DNA of 64,000 bases. It comes from Alphaproteobacteria bacterium (GTDB taxonomy: Bacteria > Pseudomonadota > Alphaproteobacteria > JABAAW01). The stretch spans positions 1,347,594 through 1,411,593 of the forward strand of contig OZ244186.1 of assembly GCA_965216625.1 (NCBI GenBank), written 5' to 3'. Both the position numbers and the translations under genes were made by a program. Below, piece by piece: positions 60,548-64,000 of the stretch (the stretch's first letter is position 1; each line of letters begins with the position of its first letter). Below the pieces are notes generated by a model. It was not told the DNA's origin, did not search any database, and was given only the letters and a program-made list of their open reading frames with translations.

Positions 60548-61355
60548 GAGCCAAATCTAACGAAGGATGTTCGTCCAAAGAACAATCCATCTGTTCCAAT
60601 CGTCTTGTGGCAGCTGCTGCAAAAGATGCGTTGATCTCAAACGCAATGAAACGACGAGAATGACGCTTGCAAACAACGGGGCAAGTGCCTACTCCTGAAA
60701 AAGGATCAAGAACTAAATCTCCTTCGCAAGAACTTGCCAACACCAGTCTCTCTATCAATCGTTCAGGTTTCTGAACAGTGTTGAGTGCTCGGCGATCAAC
60801 GAGCTCTTTCGAACGATATGTCAGCGCTTTTATATCGCCCCATACATCTCCAGGATTTTTTCCCTTGTTGTTAAATTTCGTCTTGCCGTAACGACCGCTC
60901 ACAACAGAAGGCACTCTTTCACACCTAAAACGATGATCCAATTCAACCAACTGCGGAACCCTGACGCTATCCAAATTAAAACACCGTGCTTTTTCTCCTT
61001 TCACAAAATAAAAAATTGTATCGTAATTGTTTGTGTAGTTAATTCTTCCCTGAGAAAGTCTGCTTGGCAAATACCAAACAATTCTTGTTCTAAGATGTAG
61101 ATATTTCCTGTAATCAACAAAGTCAACAGAATCGTGCTTGCCGAAAAGATACAAAACTCCTCCCTGTTTTAATTTTTTTGAAAAAATTTCTATAAGATGG
61201 AAATTAAATTCCTGCACCGAAGAAATTTTATCCCAAGCATTGTTGGTCACGCCGTAAGGACCATCGCAAACGATCAAGTCGATCGAATTATCTTCGATCT
61301 CCTTGACAAGCTCAAAGGTGTTGCCACAAACAATTTTGTTTTCAAATTCTTGCAC
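60537..61355 (-). CDS. Beta-class DNA methyltransferase (N6-adenine or N4-cytosine; CcrM/HinfI-like architecture)
   Basis: Motif IV-like IDLIVCDGPYG lies near the N-terminus and motif I LVLDPFSGVGT near the C-terminus (beta-class order). The coding sequence is A+T-rich. Confidence 0.7.
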   Translation of the reverse strand: MQEFENKIVCGNTFELVKEIEDNSIDLIVCDGPYGVTNNAWDKISSVQEFNFHLIEIFSKKLKQGGVLYLFGKHDSVDFVDYRKYLHLRTRIVWYLPSRLSQGRINYTNNYDTIFYFVKGEKARCFNLDSVRVPQLVELDHRFRCERVPSVVSGRYGKTKFNNKGKNPGDVWGDIKALTYRSKELVDRRALNTVQKPERLIERLVLASSCEGDLVLDPFSGVGTCPVVCKRHSRRFIAFEINASFAAAATRRLEQMDCSLDEHPSLDLAHGF

Positions 61356-61420
61356 AACAACACTCCTCTTGTTTTTTGTACGCTCAAATCAAGACAAAGC
61401 AGAAGCAAAGAAGTTAAACG

Positions 61421-61491
61421 CTGGGGTGGTAGGATTCGAACCCACGATCACGAGACCAAAACCCGTTGCCTTACCACTTGGCTACACCCCA
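61421..61491 (-). tRNA. tRNA-Gln (anticodon TTG)
   Basis: Reverse complement TGGGGTGTAGCCAAGTGGTAAGGCAACGGGTTTTGGTCTCGTGATCGTGGGTTCGAATCCTACCACCCCAG. Confidence 0.85.
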
Positions 61492-61507
61492 ACAATACCT
61501 CCACACT

Positions 61508-62608
61508 CTACACATTCTCCCCCGCCTTGTCGACTCCCTCTCCTGCCTCGCTTTTACGGAAGCGCGTCGCAATCACCCCCCGCCAGCCGCGCGCGCGCAA
61601 GCACTCCGCCACATCCTCCTCACAACCCAGCTCCGTCAAGCCGAAACAGGCAGAGCCGCTCCCCGTCATCCGAGCGCAAAAAACTTCCTCGCAAGAACGC
61701 AACGCCGACAGCCGCTCGACGATAGAGCCATCCAACGCACAAGCCGCCGCAAGTAAGTCGTTCCCCCCCGCCTCCAACAACGCCGTCAACTTTGAGAACT
61801 TTGATGCTGACGAAAAAGTCTTTGAAAAAGTCTCAGCCTCAGTCGCGCTGTATGCTCTCCCCTCCGCTCGATCACGAGCATAACGCTCATAGACCGCTTT
61901 CGTGGAAAGTTCCGCTCCACAAAGAAGAACCACGCCGCAGACAGGCAACGCAGCTTGCTCTAATACTCGCTCGCCATAACCCGAGACGAAAACACTATTG
62001 CTCTTCGCGCGCAAAAAAAACAACGCGACATCCGAGCCAACCGCACGAGCAACAGAAAGCCACTCGGCAGCGGAAAGAGATACGCTATTTTTATTAAATC
62101 CCCGCATAGAATTCTTGGAGCTAATTTTTTCACGCGCATAACGCAAGAAAGACGCGGCATCGCTCGACCCTCCGCCCAAGCCCGCGCCCGCAGGGATCGC
62201 CTTTTGAACAACGATATTCCAAGCGCACTCGAAAGATTCAACGCCGTCTTTAACACTACCCTCGACACTCTTCGATTGCACGGTTGCCGCAAGCGCACGC
62301 GCCGCGCGCGCTAGCGAGTGATCTTCGCACACAGGAAAAGTCTCCTCCGCAGAGTGAGCCTTAAAATGAGTCTTGCAATGAGTCTTGGAGTTTGCCTTGT
62401 AAAATTCTACGGCAAGCCCTCCGCCGTCTTCTCTGTCATGCACCTCCAGTTGATCGTGCAGCTCCAAGAAGACGATGTGACTTTCCAACGCGTGCAGCCC
62501 GCAATCGTTTCTACCGCCGACGCGCAACGAGAGGTTCACCTTGGCAGGCGCAAACAAAAGAGGCGACGCAGACTCCAAAGGCATGACTAATGGCATGGCT
62601 AAGGACAC
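61508..62608 (-). CDS. ispE: 4-(cytidine 5'-diphospho)-2-C-methyl-D-erythritol kinase with internal insertions
   Basis: FAPAKVNLSLRV and the GHMP kinase motif PAGAGLGGGSSDAA. Confidence 0.8.
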   Translation of the reverse strand: MSLAMPLVMPLESASPLLFAPAKVNLSLRVGGRNDCGLHALESHIVFLELHDQLEVHDREDGGGLAVEFYKANSKTHCKTHFKAHSAEETFPVCEDHSLARAARALAATVQSKSVEGSVKDGVESFECAWNIVVQKAIPAGAGLGGGSSDAASFLRYAREKISSKNSMRGFNKNSVSLSAAEWLSVARAVGSDVALFFLRAKSNSVFVSGYGERVLEQAALPVCGVVLLCGAELSTKAVYERYARDRAEGRAYSATEAETFSKTFSSASKFSKLTALLEAGGNDLLAAACALDGSIVERLSALRSCEEVFCARMTGSGSACFGLTELGCEEDVAECLRARGWRGVIATRFRKSEAGEGVDKAGENV

Positions 62609-62610
62609 GA

Positions 62611-63918
62611 CTATTCGCTATCGAGAGGCAATCCGACTTCCAGTTTTTTCTGTACGCGCTTGCGCAGTTTTTGATCCGCCTCCTCGAAGGCGAGCACTCG
62701 CGACCACTGATATCGAGCTTCCAACTCTCTTCCTACTCGCCAATAGACGTCTCCCAAGTGATCGTTGATGGTTGTGTCGTCGGGAGCAAGAGCGATAGCT
62801 TGCTCTAAAGTTTCCAATGCATCGCCGTATGCCTTGAGTCGATAGTAAGCCCATCCCAGCGAATCGATCACGGCACCGCTTTTGTTGCGCAATTCGACGG
62901 CGCGCTGCAACATCGAGAGTGCCTCTTGGTAGTGCTCGTCCTTCCCCAAGTCGAGCCAAGTGTAAGCGAGGTAGTTCATGACCATCGGCTGTTCGGGAGA
63001 GAGCAGCAACGATGTTTGGAAGTCTTCCTCTGCCTCGTCCCACTTTCCTACGCGTTCGAAAGCGATTCCGCGCTCGTAGTACAGACGCCACGCGGAAGCG
63101 CGCACCTCTTCGGGGAGAAGATCAGCGCGCGACAGGTACATCTCGATCGCCTTTCCGAAATAAGGCAATGCTTTCTCGGACTGCTCTGCGACGCGGAGAA
63201 AGGAGCCTGCCTGCCACCAAGCGAGCAGATCGTCAGGACGCAGTTCCTGCAGGTTTTTCAAGAGTGCCAAAGATTCTTCCAATTGAGATTCTGCAAGGTG
63301 AGATTCTTCAAGACGCGATTCTTCAAGTCGACTTGGTTTGCGCAAAATCTCGGCGCGTGAGTATAGACTCTGTCGGTAGAACAAGGAGCGAGTAGGAATC
63401 AGCTCTAGCGTAGCCAAGGCTGCATCGTCCTGCCCATAATCTCGAAGCGCGTCGCTCAAGACAATGCGCGCGAAGGATGACGAGGGGTCTGTCTCTACAG
63501 CCAATCGTGCGAACAGCAGTTTCGCCGCCGCGCTCCCCTCCCGCGCCGCCAGGTCGGCAAGCGAGCGCGCGAGGAAGAATCGTACCTGCTCGATCGATTC
63601 GTCGCCGCGCGCGTCAGGAGCCAAGTCCTTGATTCCGTCGCCCTCGATGCGTCGCGCCAGCTCGTCCAAGAAGAGCACTTGCACGCGCAGTTGGCTCCTC
63701 ACGGGTTTCAACAATGCCAACGCCGTCTGCTTTCCTCGACCTTGCGCGCTACCCGCGTGATGCAAGGCTTGCACCCACTGCTGCGACAGATCGCCCGACA
63801 GAGCCTCCGTCTCGCGCAACAGCTGTTGGGTTGTGCGAAACTCTCCGCGCGCGAAGGCAGCGTATAGACGCAACAAATGGGCGAAATCCTCCATGGACTC
63901 GCGTTCTATTTCCTGCAA
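62611..63918 (-). CDS. Tetratricopeptide-repeat protein (N-terminus may extend beyond the listed M, toward the window edge)
   Basis: It has multiple TPR-like W-LG-Y-A-P patterns (e.g. AIEMYLSRADL, YYERGIAFERVGKWDEAEEDFQ, DSLGWAYYRLKAYGDALETLEQAI). A TPR gene upstream of ispE is a common alphaproteobacterial arrangement. Confidence 0.6.
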   Translation of the reverse strand: MQEIERESMEDFAHLLRLYAAFARGEFRTTQQLLRETEALSGDLSQQWVQALHHAGSAQGRGKQTALALLKPVRSQLRVQVLFLDELARRIEGDGIKDLAPDARGDESIEQVRFFLARSLADLAAREGSAAAKLLFARLAVETDPSSSFARIVLSDALRDYGQDDAALATLELIPTRSLFYRQSLYSRAEILRKPSRLEESRLEESHLAESQLEESLALLKNLQELRPDDLLAWWQAGSFLRVAEQSEKALPYFGKAIEMYLSRADLLPEEVRASAWRLYYERGIAFERVGKWDEAEEDFQTSLLLSPEQPMVMNYLAYTWLDLGKDEHYQEALSMLQRAVELRNKSGAVIDSLGWAYYRLKAYGDALETLEQAIALAPDDTTINDHLGDVYWRVGRELEARYQWSRVLAFEEADQKLRKRVQKKLEVGLPLDSE

Positions 63919-64000
63919 CGCCTCCTGCTCGGCGCGTGCGTCGCCTTGTGCGAATGCGAGCCAAAAGCGGTATGTCGGCGCGCCGTAGCGAGCGAAATCG

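Noticed and set aside
61197-61883. 228-aa + strand ORF spanning the MTase 5' end, tRNA-Gln and the ispE 3' end
   Set aside because: It crosses a tRNA and two well-supported minus-strand genes. Artefact.

Overview
This 64 kb window is chromosomal sequence from an unidentified alphaproteobacterium. It carries housekeeping genes in conserved neighbourhoods (dnaX; rpoZ-pdxJ-acpS; prfA-prmC; hemC-hemD-hemX-hemY; lptF-lptG-lptD-surA-pdxA-rsmA; rpe-purB; glmM-ribF-dapB; folK, gltX, hisS, ispE), flagellar genes (flaF, a flagellin-family gene), a 23S-5S rRNA locus with no 16S, five tRNAs and a probable SRP RNA. Five features stand out:
1. Third-codon-position composition is mosaic at kilobase scale. 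On the + strand, blocks whose synonymous sites are almost all G/T alternate with blocks that are almost all A/C and with A+T-rich blocks. The polarity ignores gene orientation and sometimes switches inside a gene (hisS, htrA, rsmA). The pattern looks like strand-specific C-to-T hypermutation tracts laid over a balanced roughly 60-65% GC background.
2. The 23S rRNA carries a roughly 500-nt intervening sequence at helix 45. It encodes, in the rRNA sense, a small cysteine-pair lipoprotein.
3. A second, diverged copy of that lipoprotein module (two lipoprotein genes plus about 95 nt of 23S flank) sits between 29-bp perfect direct repeats upstream of the 23S gene.
4. A family of mosaic palindromic intergenic repeats, with no transposase in the window, fills six intergenic regions. 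Two inverted arrays of these repeats flank an A+T-rich peroxiredoxin gene.
5. An A+T-rich island beside tRNA-Gln carries a beta-class DNA methyltransferase and a putative restriction endonuclease.
No CRISPR array and no transposase or integrase were found. Coordinates of RNA genes and gene starts are manual estimates, good to within a few nucleotides.
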